Shown one piece after another: positions 28,520-38,385 of a stretch of 64,000 nucleotides of DNA (within the stretch, counting starts at the first letter, position 1; every line of letters begins with the position of its first letter). The translations under genes and the position numbers were made by a program. The stretch comes from an uncultured archaeon (GTDB taxonomy: Archaea; Micrarchaeota; Micrarchaeia; Anstonellales; Anstonellaceae), in NCBI GenBank assembly GCA_902384555.1, contig CABMCD010000002.1, positions 1,151 through 65,150 of the forward strand, read 5' to 3'. Under the pieces are notes generated by a model. It was given only the letters and a program-made list of their open reading frames with translations, did no database searches and was not told the DNA's origin.

Positions 28520-28632
28520 TAGAAATAGATAACAAGTTCTATTTAAAACTATGGGGCGGACGCGCTGCCCACGGCGATGGGACAGAACCGAACATTGCCT
28601 TTAAAATAAAGTTCCTCTCCTAAATAATAAAC

Positions 28633-30183
28633 GTGAAAATCACCCGAGCCCTAATCAGCGTCTTTGACAAGACCGGTTTGCTGGACCTCGCCCAGGTGCT
28701 CAACCGCCACGGCGTGGAAATTCTCTCCTCCGGCGGGACGGCCGCTACTTTGCGCAAGGCCGACATCCCCGTCACCGAAGTGAGCACTTACACCGCCTCG
28801 CCCGAATTGTTTGGGGGCCGGGTGAAGACCCTGCACCCCAAAATCCACGGCGGAATTCTCATGCGCCGGGACAACCCCAAGGACGTGGCGGACGCGAAAG
28901 CCGCCGGCATCCAGCCCATTGATTTGGTGGTGGTGAGCCTCTACCCCTTCGAGAAGACGGTCGCCAAGAAGGACGTCAGCAACGACGAGGCGATTGAGAA
29001 CATCGACATCGGCGGCGTGGCGCTCATTCGCGCGGCCGCCAAGAACTCCAAATTCGTCGGCGTGGTGGTGGACCCGGAGGACTATGCCGGCGTCATCCGC
29101 GAGCTGGACGAGACGGGCGGGATGTCGGATTCCAAGCGCCACAACCTCATGATCAAGGCCTTCGAGCGCACCAGCCACTACGACTGGGCCATCTCGCGGC
29201 ATTTCGGCGGCGAGGGCGAGGAGAAGTTCCCGCACCGCATGAAGATGGTGTTCGAGCGGGCATATCCCTTGCGCTACGGCGAGAACCCGCACCAGCAGGC
29301 GGCGGCCTACCGCCTCGTGGGCCAGCGCTCGCTGTTTGACGCGCGCATCTTCTCGGGCAAACAGATGAGCTACAACAACTTCCTCGACTCCGATTCGGCC
29401 CTGCATCTCATTCGCGAGTTCTACGGACGCAACGCCTGCGTCATCCTCAAGCACAACAACCCCTGCGGCGTGGCGACGGGCCACCGCCTCAAGGAAGCGT
29501 ACGAGCGCGCCTACGCCTCCGACCCCATGTCGGCGTTCGGCGGCATCATCGCCTTCTCCTCCCGCCTCGATGCCGAGACGGCCGAATCGATGGGCAAGCA
29601 GTTCATCGAGGTGGTGCTGGCACCCGGATATGAGCCCGAGGCGCTGGAAATCCTCAAGGCCAAGCCCAGCCGCCGCATCTTGGACATCAGCGACTTGTGG
29701 CACCCCGTGCATGCGGGCGACGTGACTTTCCGGCACATCACCGGCGGCATGCTCTACCAGCACGAGGACGCTTCCGTGTACGACCTCAAGGAGGCCAAGG
29801 TGGCCACCCAGCGCACGCCGACGGATGCCGAATGGCGCGATTTGCATTTCGCCATGGTGGTGGCCAAGCACGTCAAGAGCAACGCGATTACCATCGCGCG
29901 CAACGAGCAGATTCTGGGCGTGGGCGCGGGGCAGATGAGCCGCATCGACTCCACGCGCATGGCGATTTCCAAGGCGCGCGCCAACGGCTTCGATTTGAAG
30001 GGCGCGTCGGCCGCATCCGACGCGTTCCTGCCATTCTCCGACACCAGCGACGAGCTGAGCGACGCGGGCGTAGGCGCGCTGGCGCAGCCGGGCGGCTCGA
30101 TTAACGACGAAAAAGTGATTGAGTCGGCGAACCGGCGGCAGATGGCGCTCGTTTTCACCGGCATTAGGCACTTCAAACACTAG
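28633..30183 (+). CDS. purH: Bifunctional AICAR transformylase / IMP cyclohydrolase
   Basis: ALISVFDKTG, GRVKTLHPKIHGG, ENIDIGG, LRYGENPHQ, KHNNPCG, SDAFLPF, FTGIRHFKH. Confidence 0.97.
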   Translation: MKITRALISVFDKTGLLDLAQVLNRHGVEILSSGGTAATLRKADIPVTEVSTYTASPELFGGRVKTLHPKIHGGILMRRDNPKDVADAKAAGIQPIDLVVVSLYPFEKTVAKKDVSNDEAIENIDIGGVALIRAAAKNSKFVGVVVDPEDYAGVIRELDETGGMSDSKRHNLMIKAFERTSHYDWAISRHFGGEGEEKFPHRMKMVFERAYPLRYGENPHQQAAAYRLVGQRSLFDARIFSGKQMSYNNFLDSDSALHLIREFYGRNACVILKHNNPCGVATGHRLKEAYERAYASDPMSAFGGIIAFSSRLDAETAESMGKQFIEVVLAPGYEPEALEILKAKPSRRILDISDLWHPVHAGDVTFRHITGGMLYQHEDASVYDLKEAKVATQRTPTDAEWRDLHFAMVVAKHVKSNAITIARNEQILGVGAGQMSRIDSTRMAISKARANGFDLKGASAASDAFLPFSDTSDELSDAGVGALAQPGGSINDEKVIESANRRQMALVFTGIRHFKH

Positions 30184-30236
30184 GTGTTTTGGCCCCGGCC
30201 TGCCGGCAAGCCGGATAACGAGGCCGCATTTTCTCA

Positions 30237-31442
30237 TTAGGCCGGCAGGGCCGGGTTTTCGTCTTTGCTTCCCAGCCAGTCCGGCCCCAGCGCCAGGGAC
30301 TTGTTCTGCCGGCGCAAACCTTCCATGAGCAGGCGCGTGGCCTCCTCGCGCTCAGCCCCGCTGAAGCCGCGCGCGCCCCACTCGCTGCCGAACAGCCGCA
30401 GCTCCTCCTTGACGTATTCGGGGAAGAACTCCATGCAGAGCATGAAGCACTTGAGGGTGGCGGCCATGGCATAGCGCTGGACCGCGCGCTCGAAGCGGCG
30501 GGCCAGCTGGTCCTCGTGCCGCTCGTTTTCGGACATCAGCTGCTTTTCGCGCCGCAGGCCATCGTCCCGGGCCTTGTCCATCTCGGCCTTCTGCTCGCCC
30601 GTGGCGCGGCGGATGCGCCGGCGCACGTAGTTGCGGAAGGCGAAGGCTCCGCCGGTCAGAATCCCGACGGCGCCGGCCACCAGTCCGGCCTTGCCGACCG
30701 GCGGCCAGGCGGAGAGCCATTCGGTGATGGTGGTGTAGACGGCGACGGCCGCGGCGCCGACGGAGGGCACCACGAAGCGCAGCAGCGTGCCGAAGTTGAG
30801 CATGTCGAGATAGCCCTGCAGCTTGTCGAGCGTGCGGTTGGCCTTGTCTCGCGCGATGCCGGCCATGTCGTCGGCCTCTTTCTGCGCGCGCTGGCGGCCC
30901 AGCTCCAGGTTGTCGGAGAGGGACTTGAGGCCCTGCTCCATCAGCTTGCGGGCCGAGCGCACCGGGCCCAGCGCCTCGTTGAGGATGCGCGCCCCGTTCT
31001 CCAGATAGCGCGCCGAGTGCAGGTCGTCCAGCTCGCGGCACTCGGACAGCTTGGATTCGAGCACGGCGGGCAAATCGCCGTAGGAATTGCCGCCGTTGGC
31101 ATAGGCCATGGACACCACCAGGTTGCCGATTTCGCGCGGCGAGAGGGGCGGATAGAGGCTGTCGGGGCCTTTCTTGAGGATGTCCTGCCACACCAGCTTG
31201 ATTTCGTCGCGGCTGTCCAGAAGAAGGGTGGCCGGGTCCGGCGGATAGGGCAGGGCCTTCACGTTGCCGTCGCTGAGGAAGATGCGCTGCACGCCCTCGG
31301 GGTCGCGGCCGATTTTCTTGAGAATGGCCGAGAGGCGGGCGGGGGAAACGGCAGCCTGCTGGCCGGTGCCGAAATTGTAGACTGGCACCCGCCCTTGCGG
31401 CCCCGCATCGAGCAGGGCCGCCCCGTTTGAGCCCGCGCCCAT
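30237..31442 (-). CDS. Orphan coiled-coil protein with central hydrophobic hairpin
   Basis: Two TM-like segments between long charged helices; GAGGTGA RBS supports ATG 31442. Confidence 0.65.
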   Translation of the reverse strand: MGAGSNGAALLDAGPQGRVPVYNFGTGQQAAVSPARLSAILKKIGRDPEGVQRIFLSDGNVKALPYPPDPATLLLDSRDEIKLVWQDILKKGPDSLYPPLSPREIGNLVVSMAYANGGNSYGDLPAVLESKLSECRELDDLHSARYLENGARILNEALGPVRSARKLMEQGLKSLSDNLELGRQRAQKEADDMAGIARDKANRTLDKLQGYLDMLNFGTLLRFVVPSVGAAAVAVYTTITEWLSAWPPVGKAGLVAGAVGILTGGAFAFRNYVRRRIRRATGEQKAEMDKARDDGLRREKQLMSENERHEDQLARRFERAVQRYAMAATLKCFMLCMEFFPEYVKEELRLFGSEWGARGFSGAEREEATRLLMEGLRRQNKSLALGPDWLGSKDENPALPA

Positions 31443-31605
31443 TCCAATCACCTCACCGATGATTTGAATGACTATGGCCGACGGCCGACCACCTCACACA
31501 CGGATTGAAATTACAACATTCCAGCGTATATAGCTGATGGTGGAAAAATAGGAAAAAAAGCTCGAACAATGGGTTATTTATTCCAAACGGGCGTTAGGGG
31601 CGTGA

Positions 31606-32178
31606 ATGATGCGCAAAAAACGCCGCAGCGTGCTGTTCATCGGCCGATTCCAGCCCTTCCACATGGGCCATGACAAACTGCTGCGCTATCTGGTGAAAAA
31701 ATACGACCGCATCGTGGTCGGCATCGGCTCCTCCCAATTCAGGCGCACGCCAGAGAATCCCTTCTCGGCCGGCGAGCGCAAGAGCGCGATAAAGCGGGTG
31801 ATGGCCGACTATCCGGCCGGCTCGCGCAACAAAATCACCTTCGCGCATTTGGTGGACCACACCCGCAACGCGGACTGGGTGGCGCAGGTGGTGGCGCGCT
31901 TCCCGCCCGGCGAGTTTGCCGTGGCCTCGGCCAATCCGCTGGTGAGGCGGCTGCTGGGCGGGGCGGACTATGAGCTGGACCCCTCGCCGCTGTTTAACCG
32001 CGAGAAGTGGGAGGGAACCAAAATCCGCCAAGAGGTGCGCCGGACGGGCGCGGCGGCCGGGGCACCCCCATCCCAGCCGGGCAGGCCGGGGCGAGGAGCG
32101 TCCATCCCGCGCGCGCTGGGCCAGTGGATGGAAAAGCGGGGAAAGAAAGTGCTGATTGGAACAAAAGGGAAAAAATAG
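31606..32178 (+). CDS. nadM: Archaeal-type nicotinamide-nucleotide adenylyltransferase
   Basis: FIGRFQPFHMGH, GIGSSQ, TPENPFSAGER, GTKIR. Confidence 0.9.
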   Translation: MMRKKRRSVLFIGRFQPFHMGHDKLLRYLVKKYDRIVVGIGSSQFRRTPENPFSAGERKSAIKRVMADYPAGSRNKITFAHLVDHTRNADWVAQVVARFPPGEFAVASANPLVRRLLGGADYELDPSPLFNREKWEGTKIRQEVRRTGAAAGAPPSQPGRPGRGASIPRALGQWMEKRGKKVLIGTKGKK

Positions 32179-32184
32179 GGCGTT

Positions 32185-32829
32185 TTAGGATTCGACTTGG
32201 ATTTGGGCTTCCTCGCCCAGCGACGCCTTGAGCTGCGCGATGAGCCCGCGGGCGCGGCCGGCTTCCAAAGCCTTGGGAACCACGACCGAGATGTGGCCGG
32301 ATTTCTTCTCCAGCTGCAGCACGGCCTGATACTCGTCGCCCAGCGCCTTGGCCTTGGTCATGGGGTCGGAGATGACCTCGAGGAGGTTGAGGTGGTAGGT
32401 GAGGTTCTGCTGGGCAAGCGGGTGGTTGAAGTCCAGCACCACGCGCCCCGACGAGACCGATTTGACGCGCGCCTGCACGCCCTCGATGTTGAGCAGCTGC
32501 CCCGCGCGGGGAGTCACGCCGCCGCGCGCGAGCTGCTTCTCGCTCATGACGCGCACCAAATCGGGAATCTTGGGGCCGAAGGCCTTCTCGAAGGGAATGC
32601 CGATGCGCGCCGACTGGCCCGCCTCCAGCTGGGAGAGGCCCTCCTCGAGGCCGGGAATCATGAAGCCGCGGCCGAAGAGGACCAGGCGCGGGCCGTAGGG
32701 CAGCTGCGGAGAATAGATGCCGCTGGAGCGCGCCACGCCCTCGTCGGTGCTTTCAAAGACGGACTGGTCGGAATCCAGAACGCCGGTAAAGGTGATGCGA
32801 ACCAGGTCGCCAGCTTTGGGTTTAGCCAT
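32185..32829 (-). CDS. FKBP-type peptidyl-prolyl isomerase (archaeal long/SlyD-like)
   Basis: GDLVRITFTG, IPGLEEGL, PFEKAFG, GRVVLDFNHPLA. Confidence 0.9.
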   Translation of the reverse strand: MAKPKAGDLVRITFTGVLDSDQSVFESTDEGVARSSGIYSPQLPYGPRLVLFGRGFMIPGLEEGLSQLEAGQSARIGIPFEKAFGPKIPDLVRVMSEKQLARGGVTPRAGQLLNIEGVQARVKSVSSGRVVLDFNHPLAQQNLTYHLNLLEVISDPMTKAKALGDEYQAVLQLEKKSGHISVVVPKALEAGRARGLIAQLKASLGEEAQIQVES

Positions 32830-32962
32830 AAATCAATCCGCCATATCCTCGATGCTGGATTTTTTAAAAGTTCGCAGTGAAAGGGTGCCTATAGGCGCCG
32901 AGCCAAAAGGCTGTCCGGGAGGGCGGCCGGCATCCGCCCGTCCCGTTTTGGAGGCCGATATC

Positions 32963-34468
32963 ATGTTTGACAACATCAAGAAAGAGGACAAAATCCGCTA
33001 TGCCACCATCGCCGTCATCCTGCTGTTCATCTTCTCCACCATCGCCATCTACATGAGCACGGCCGCCAACAACGGCGGCGGCACCCGGACCCCCTCGCCG
33101 GCCACCAACAGCACGGCCGGCTACACCTTCACCGGCCGCGGAGTGGCCAACGCCACCCTGACGGGCTGGGACCCGGTGCTGTTCGTGCGCGGGCCGGACC
33201 CCAACCTCCTGCCGGCGCTGGAACAGCTTCAGCAGGCGGGCATCGTCACCAAGCAGGTGCCCCAGGCGGGCGGATACATCCTCACCCTCTCGGACTCCAG
33301 GCAGGTGTACAACACCACGCGCGGCCTGCTGGGCCTCAACGTCAGCATTCAGGGCAGCGGCACCATTTCCATCCCCCAGGCCTCGGTGACCGACCCGGCC
33401 GGCGCCGTGCACACGGTTTCGGGCGGCACGTATTCCTACACCGCCACCCCGGCCTTCGACCAGGGCGACACCCTGCCGGTGGCTTTCGACACCTATGTGG
33501 AGGGCTCGCGCATGCCCTACAACCCGGCGAATCTCGTGGTGCTGCCGGGCCCCATCGTGGACGCGGAAATCGCTGCGCTGAACGTGACGATTAACCAGAA
33601 CTACTGGAGGGGGCTGCTGCCCTGGAGCCAGCGCAACCTGGCGCTCAACCAGTTCCAGGCCAACCTCATCGGCGGGGACAGGCTGAAGTTCCGCCAGCGC
33701 TCGGTCGTGATTTTCCCCCGGCTTATCAGCCCGGCCCAAATCGCGCAGCTCAAGGCCTCCCCGCCCGCCTGGTCCACCGGAGACGTGGAGGAAGGGCTCG
33801 CCGGCGTCAAGCCGGAATTTAGCGACGAGACCGCCGTGGCCAACGACCTGATTTCGTACGGCGTGACGCCGCTCTTCCCCGCCTCGGTGATGGAGGTCTA
33901 CCCCAACCCCTTCAAGTACCTGCCCAACTCCAGCGAGCCGCTGAACCGCAGCAACGAGAGCATCTCGGCCGACATCGCGCGCATCTGGAACGCGACATAC
34001 CCGGACACGGCCGTGGAGTTCAGGCCGGCTTACTTCCTTACCATCGACCTGCCGTCCACCATCGAAACGGGCGGGCAGACCTACCGCCTGCTCAAGACCG
34101 AATACAACGTCAGCTCCAACTACGCGCCGATGGAGAACGGCACGCTGAAAATCAGCTTCCAGCCCGTCGGACGGCAGGTGCTGGATTTGGTGAGCGCATC
34201 CTATTCGCCCAAGGGCATGGTGGAGCTGGTGGAGGCCGAGCTGGCGCCAAAGAGCGGCGCTTCGGGCAATGAAAATGCGGCAAGCCCCGCATCCGCTCCG
34301 GCGATGAATGAGAGCGCAGCCCCGGCCATGAATGAAAGCGCCGGCGCGAGCGCGGCCAATGCGTCCGCCGAAACGCCGGCCGCCAATGCCCCGGCCGCCA
34401 TGAACGAAAGCCCGGCTGCAGGCGCTAATTCCACCATGAACGCCACGGCGCAGAACGCGAGCGGATAA
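32963..34468 (+). CDS. Membrane-anchored exported hypothetical protein with low-complexity tail
   Basis: N-terminal TM; Ala/Asn/Ser tail with three AMNES repeats; ATG 32963 after GGAGG. Confidence 0.7.
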   Translation: MFDNIKKEDKIRYATIAVILLFIFSTIAIYMSTAANNGGGTRTPSPATNSTAGYTFTGRGVANATLTGWDPVLFVRGPDPNLLPALEQLQQAGIVTKQVPQAGGYILTLSDSRQVYNTTRGLLGLNVSIQGSGTISIPQASVTDPAGAVHTVSGGTYSYTATPAFDQGDTLPVAFDTYVEGSRMPYNPANLVVLPGPIVDAEIAALNVTINQNYWRGLLPWSQRNLALNQFQANLIGGDRLKFRQRSVVIFPRLISPAQIAQLKASPPAWSTGDVEEGLAGVKPEFSDETAVANDLISYGVTPLFPASVMEVYPNPFKYLPNSSEPLNRSNESISADIARIWNATYPDTAVEFRPAYFLTIDLPSTIETGGQTYRLLKTEYNVSSNYAPMENGTLKISFQPVGRQVLDLVSASYSPKGMVELVEAELAPKSGASGNENAASPASAPAMNESAAPAMNESAGASAANASAETPAANAPAAMNESPAAGANSTMNATAQNASG

Positions 34469-34537
34469 GCGGGTGTTTTTTAAGCTTTGAGCCGCCTATG
34501 CCAAGTGGCATTTGAATTTTTTTATGAGGTGTTTTGA

Positions 34538-34762
34538 ATGGGAGAAAGACGTCCATTTGATATTCTGAATTCGTCGCTGAACAACACCGTGGTGGTGGGG
34601 CTCAAGGGCGGAACGGAGATGCGCGGGCTCATGGTGAGCTACGACGTGCACATGAACCTGGTGCTGGAGAAGGCCGAGCAGCTCAAAGACGGCGAGGTCA
34701 AGCGCGGCATCGGCACGGTGCTGCTGCGCGGCGACTCGGTCGTCTATATCTCCCCCTCGTAA
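34538..34762 (+). CDS. lsm: Sm-like archaeal protein (Lsm/SmAP1)
   Basis: RPFDIL, GLMVSYDVHMNLVL, VLLRGDSVVYISP. Confidence 0.95.
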   Translation: MGERRPFDILNSSLNNTVVVGLKGGTEMRGLMVSYDVHMNLVLEKAEQLKDGEVKRGIGTVLLRGDSVVYISPS

Positions 34763-34803
34763 GGAGAGCCTTTTATTCTTGTTTCTCTTTCTTTTTTCCC
34801 AGG

Positions 34804-34839
34804 TTTTTTCTTTCTCTTTCGCAAAAGAGAAAGAAAAAA
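34804..34839. repeat. Perfect 16-bp inverted repeat with 4-nt loop
   Basis: TTTTTTCTTTCTCTTT-CGCA-AAAGAGAAAGAAAAAA, ending 6 nt before the tRNA. Confidence 0.85.
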
Positions 34840-34845
34840 GCTGAA

Positions 34846-34917
34846 GGGCGTTTGGCGCAACGGTAGCGCGCCTGCATGGCATGCAGGAGGCTGAGGGTTC
34901 GAATCCCTCAACGTCCA
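34846..34917 (+). tRNA. tRNA-Ala(GGC), no encoded CCA
   Basis: Full cloverleaf; acceptor GGGCGTT/AACGTCC with the G3:U70 Ala determinant; anticodon stem CCTGC/GCAGG; loop ATGGCAT (A32-U38); GGTTCGAATCC. Confidence 0.95.
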
Positions 34918-35098
34918 TTCCCATATGGGGAACACAGGAATTATCCATGTCCCCCTGAGGGTTTCACCCCCTCAGAATTATCTTGCGCTTTTTGGCCGGC
35001 CGAAGGCGTCAGCGAGAGTCCATTTTTAAGCCCCCAGCGAAAGCAGGATGAAGGGAGGGCTGCGAACATTTAATAATAACTTTAACCACATAATTTGC

Positions 35099-35587
35099 AT
35101 GAATAAACTCGCCTTGCAGACGAAAACCGTTCCCGAGCAGGACGGGAATCGGACCCGTTCGAGCTTCAAGAACCGGCTGATGGCCGGAATAACCTACACT
35201 ATGATGGGGCTCTCGTTCGCCGGCGGACTGAGCGGGTGCGAGAGCCTCGGGAAAGCCCTGATGGAGTCGCACGCGTTCGGCTACTCGTTTAGGGAAAAAC
35301 AATATGAGGAAGTAAGAAAGATGTTCCCCTTCTGCGTCGAATCCGGAACCATCCTATACAAAAGAGAGCGGATTCGCAATACCGAATTCGTCATCGTGGA
35401 CACGGACGCCAACCGCAGCACGGTGACGCTCGAAAACAACTTCACCGGCAGCCAGCGGGAGCTCAAAGAAGGGCAGTATGTCATTTCCTATGACGGGCAA
35501 TATCTGGCCTTCATCGAGCATGTCGACATCTATCTTGGCCAGGGCATTTCTCACGCCCGCGTGAGCGTATACTCGAGATACCCGTAG
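35099..35587 (+). CDS. Putative lipoprotein
   Basis: Hydrophobic stretch ending LSGC; TTTAATAA about 25 nt upstream. Confidence 0.6.
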   Translation: MNKLALQTKTVPEQDGNRTRSSFKNRLMAGITYTMMGLSFAGGLSGCESLGKALMESHAFGYSFREKQYEEVRKMFPFCVESGTILYKRERIRNTEFVIVDTDANRSTVTLENNFTGSQRELKEGQYVISYDGQYLAFIEHVDIYLGQGISHARVSVYSRYP

Positions 35588-35618
35588 AAGACGGGAAAGC
35601 GAGAGTTTGGGCGCGCGC

Positions 35619-36827
35619 TCATCCGAACGTGAAGCTGTAAGCCCGCAAACCGGACCCCGTAATGTGAATCCGGGCCGTGTGCGTCTCATAGCCCGAAGTC
35701 AATACCATCGTGTAGAGGCGGGAGGGGCCGATAGCAATCGAGCCTGAAGAACCGGCTTCCGGACCCGAATAGGGCTGGCCGTCGAGGAAGACCTGCACCG
35801 ACGATTTGTTGTCCATCGAGTCGGCCACCAGATGCACGGCTTTCGCGTGGTAGGTAATCAAGATGTCGCCCGTTTCGGATGCGAGGCGCATGTCCTCGCC
35901 ATCATCGGCCCAGCTGCCGTTGAGGTAGATGCGGTTGGCTTCCATGGAGGAGGGCGGCGTGTAAGACAAGGCCGCGCCGGGCACCCCCACGGGGGGCGAA
36001 TTGCCCAAGGGCGCGCGCCGTGACGAGCCGCCGAAATACAACTCCGGCGAGCCGACTTGGGTGAAGTCCACGGTGTTCGCGCCGGAGACGGAGATGGGGG
36101 AAGCGGAGGTCATGTTCATGCTCTTGTTTTGCTCCTCCAAAAGCGCGCGAATCTGGCTCTCGGTCTGGTCATAGCTGCCCTCGCCGATGTGGTCGTAGCG
36201 GATGAAGCCGTCGGCGTGGATGAGGTACATGTGCGGCCAGTGCTGGTTGCCGAACGCGCTCCAGATGCGGTGCTCGCCGTCCAGCACATTGATGGTGGTG
36301 AGGTTGAGGCGCTTGACGGCCATCTCGACGTTGCCGCGGTTTTTCTCGAAATCGAACTCGGGCGCGTGGATGTCCACAATCAGAAGGCCCTGCGGGCCGT
36401 AGCGCTGCTCCCACGCCTCCACATAGGGAATGGTGCGCAGGCAGTTGATGCAGGAGTAGGTCCAGAAGTCCACCAGCGCCACCTTGCCCTTCAAATCCTC
36501 GGAGGAGAAGGTGTCGCCTCTGGGCCCATTAATCACGCCCTGATAGCTCGACCAGGAGGGGGCGCGCGGATATTGCAGCTCCTTGAGCGCAATGTTGGAA
36601 GAGGAGCCCGAGCCGGCGGCTGGAGCGCCGGAAGCGGAATTGGAATTCGGAGTGGCCGGAGAGCCGGAAGCGGAAGGATTGCCACCGGCAGAGGAGGAGG
36701 GCGAAGCCGGCGGAAGCGGATTTCCGTTTGTTCCCGCCTTCAGGGCGTCGCTGACGGCGAAGAAGGCCACGCCGCCAATCAGCAGCACGGCCAGCACCGC
36801 AATCCAGGCGTTCTCTTTGAAGTCCAT
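35619..36827 (-). CDS. Membrane-anchored redoxin (DipZ C-terminal-like)
   Basis: DFWTYSCINC, IHAPEFDFEK, NQHWP, IGEGSY, SPELYFG, YSFTFG; real start ATG 36827. Confidence 0.88.
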   Translation of the reverse strand: MDFKENAWIAVLAVLLIGGVAFFAVSDALKAGTNGNPLPPASPSSSAGGNPSASGSPATPNSNSASGAPAAGSGSSSNIALKELQYPRAPSWSSYQGVINGPRGDTFSSEDLKGKVALVDFWTYSCINCLRTIPYVEAWEQRYGPQGLLIVDIHAPEFDFEKNRGNVEMAVKRLNLTTINVLDGEHRIWSAFGNQHWPHMYLIHADGFIRYDHIGEGSYDQTESQIRALLEEQNKSMNMTSASPISVSGANTVDFTQVGSPELYFGGSSRRAPLGNSPPVGVPGAALSYTPPSSMEANRIYLNGSWADDGEDMRLASETGDILITYHAKAVHLVADSMDNKSSVQVFLDGQPYSGPEAGSSGSIAIGPSRLYTMVLTSGYETHTARIHITGSGLRAYSFTFG

Positions 36828-36837
36828 GCAAATCCCC

Positions 36838-37647
36838 CTAAAGCCCGCCGCCGTTGAGCGTGGCGAGCAATGCTTGCGGAATGATGAAGTTGGCCAGCGC
36901 CACCAGCTGCTGCGTGGCCACCAGCACGCCCAGAATGATGAGCAGGATGCCGGCGACGGCGTTGAAGTAGGGCAGGAAGCCCCTGAAGCGCTTGAGCACC
37001 CCCAGCGCCTCGCTGCCCAGCGCGCCCACCAGCAGGAAGGGCACCGCCAGGCCGGCCGCGTAGGCCAGCATGGGCCCCAGCGCGCCGCCCGCGTCGGTGG
37101 CGGCGAGGGTGAGGATGGAGCCCAGCACCGCGCCCACGCAGGGGCTCCAGCCCACCGCGAAAGTGGCGCCAAACACCATCGAAGTCAGGTATTGGTAGCG
37201 CGTGTGCATGGGATTGAGCTTGTGCTCGCTCTCCAGGAAGGGGATGCGGACGACGCCCAGCGTGAAGAGGCCGAAGAAGATGATGAACAGGCCGCCGACG
37301 CGCGAGAGCCAGAGGCGCACGACGGCGCCGGCCGGGGCCAGCACGCCGGAGAGCAGCACGCCCAGCACGGCGAAGGCGATGGAGAAGCCCAGCACGAAGA
37401 ATACGGAGTGCAGGAACATCTGCCACCGGGTGCGCGGCATGGGGGCGGAGGCTGGAGGCGAAACGGATTTCGCCTCCGAAGAGCGGGTCCGGCCTTGGGG
37501 CGCTTTTTGCGCAACCTTTGGAGCCGCCCCCATGGCGGAGACGCCGGAGAGGTAGCCCAAAAATCCGGGCAGAATCGGCAGCACGCAGGGTGAGAGGAAG
37601 GACAGCAGGCCGGCCGCGAAGGCGATGATGAGGGAGATGGGGGTCAT
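36838..37647 (-). CDS. ccdA: CcdA-family transmembrane electron transporter
   Basis: FLSPCVLPILP, FAVGWSPCVGAVLGSIL. Confidence 0.92.
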   Translation of the reverse strand: MTPISLIIAFAAGLLSFLSPCVLPILPGFLGYLSGVSAMGAAPKVAQKAPQGRTRSSEAKSVSPPASAPMPRTRWQMFLHSVFFVLGFSIAFAVLGVLLSGVLAPAGAVVRLWLSRVGGLFIIFFGLFTLGVVRIPFLESEHKLNPMHTRYQYLTSMVFGATFAVGWSPCVGAVLGSILTLAATDAGGALGPMLAYAAGLAVPFLLVGALGSEALGVLKRFRGFLPYFNAVAGILLIILGVLVATQQLVALANFIIPQALLATLNGGGL

Positions 37648-37692
37648 GGGATACCTCTTGCAAGGGTTACAAAGAAAAGAAAGAAAAACAAA

Positions 37693-38289
37693 TCATTGGT
37701 CGTCGTTCACCATAGACGAGCCGTTCTCAGTTTTGTTCATGACGGCAGAGCCCTTGTTCGCGGCCGAGGAGTTGTCCTCCATCATGTCCGAAGCGCTGGC
37801 ATTTTGGTCCATTATGGAGCCGTTCCCGGATTCGTTCATCGCCGAGCCGATTTCGGTTTTGTTCATCGTGGCGCCGGATGCGTCTTCGCCCCCGTTCATC
37901 ACAGGGCCGGACTCGCTTTCATTCGTCATGGCCGAGCCGTTCTTTCCGCCCGGAGCGGTCCCGCTTTGGTTCATCCGGGTGCCGGTTTCGGTCTTGTTCG
38001 TGGCGGCGGAAGCGTTGTTCTCCATCATGGAGTTGGACTCGCTGCGGTTCGGCGCGGAGCCGGTTTCCTCCTTCATCGCGCCGCCGGTCTTGGCCGGCAT
38101 GGCGCCCTCGCCCCCCGTAGAGCCGGACGCGGGCTTGGTGCCCGTGTCCTTCATGGCGCCCGATGTGGAGGCCGTTGCATTCATCGCGTTGGCCGACGCA
38201 TTGGCCGCGGATGGCGGGGAATTGACGCATCCGCCCAGCAGGAGGGCGGCGCAGACCATGGCCAAGACGGCCAGCAAAATCATTCGCAT
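37693..38289 (-). CDS. Met/Asn/Ser-rich low-complexity lipoprotein
   Basis: Lipobox LLGGC; 19 Met and 15 N-x-S/T sequons in 198 aa. Confidence 0.7.
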   Translation of the reverse strand: MRMILLAVLAMVCAALLLGGCVNSPPSAANASANAMNATASTSGAMKDTGTKPASGSTGGEGAMPAKTGGAMKEETGSAPNRSESNSMMENNASAATNKTETGTRMNQSGTAPGGKNGSAMTNESESGPVMNGGEDASGATMNKTEIGSAMNESGNGSIMDQNASASDMMEDNSSAANKGSAVMNKTENGSSMVNDDQ

Positions 38290-38385
38290 TTGTTTGCACC
38301 TCGAATAATGTAACTCTCTGGGTCGAAGGGCGATATATAAACTTTCTACCTAATTTCTTCCCAATACGACCGGGGCGAGGTGGAA

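Noticed and set aside
28633-30183. Bacterial-type bifunctional PurH in an archaeon
   Set aside because: Already known in several archaeal lineages; the sequence looks ordinary.
34846-35587. Integrated element at tRNA-Ala
   Set aside because: No integrase, and I saw no duplicated tRNA 3' end by eye.
35619-37172. Apparent long fusion ORFs in the track (also 8679-10310, 14241-15398, 39367-39954, 46090-47067, 58631-59932, 61227-62198)
   Set aside because: The N-terminal extensions are alternative-frame read-through of neighbouring genes; internal ATGs with an RBS or TATA give normal-sized proteins, so no fusion or frameshift is needed.
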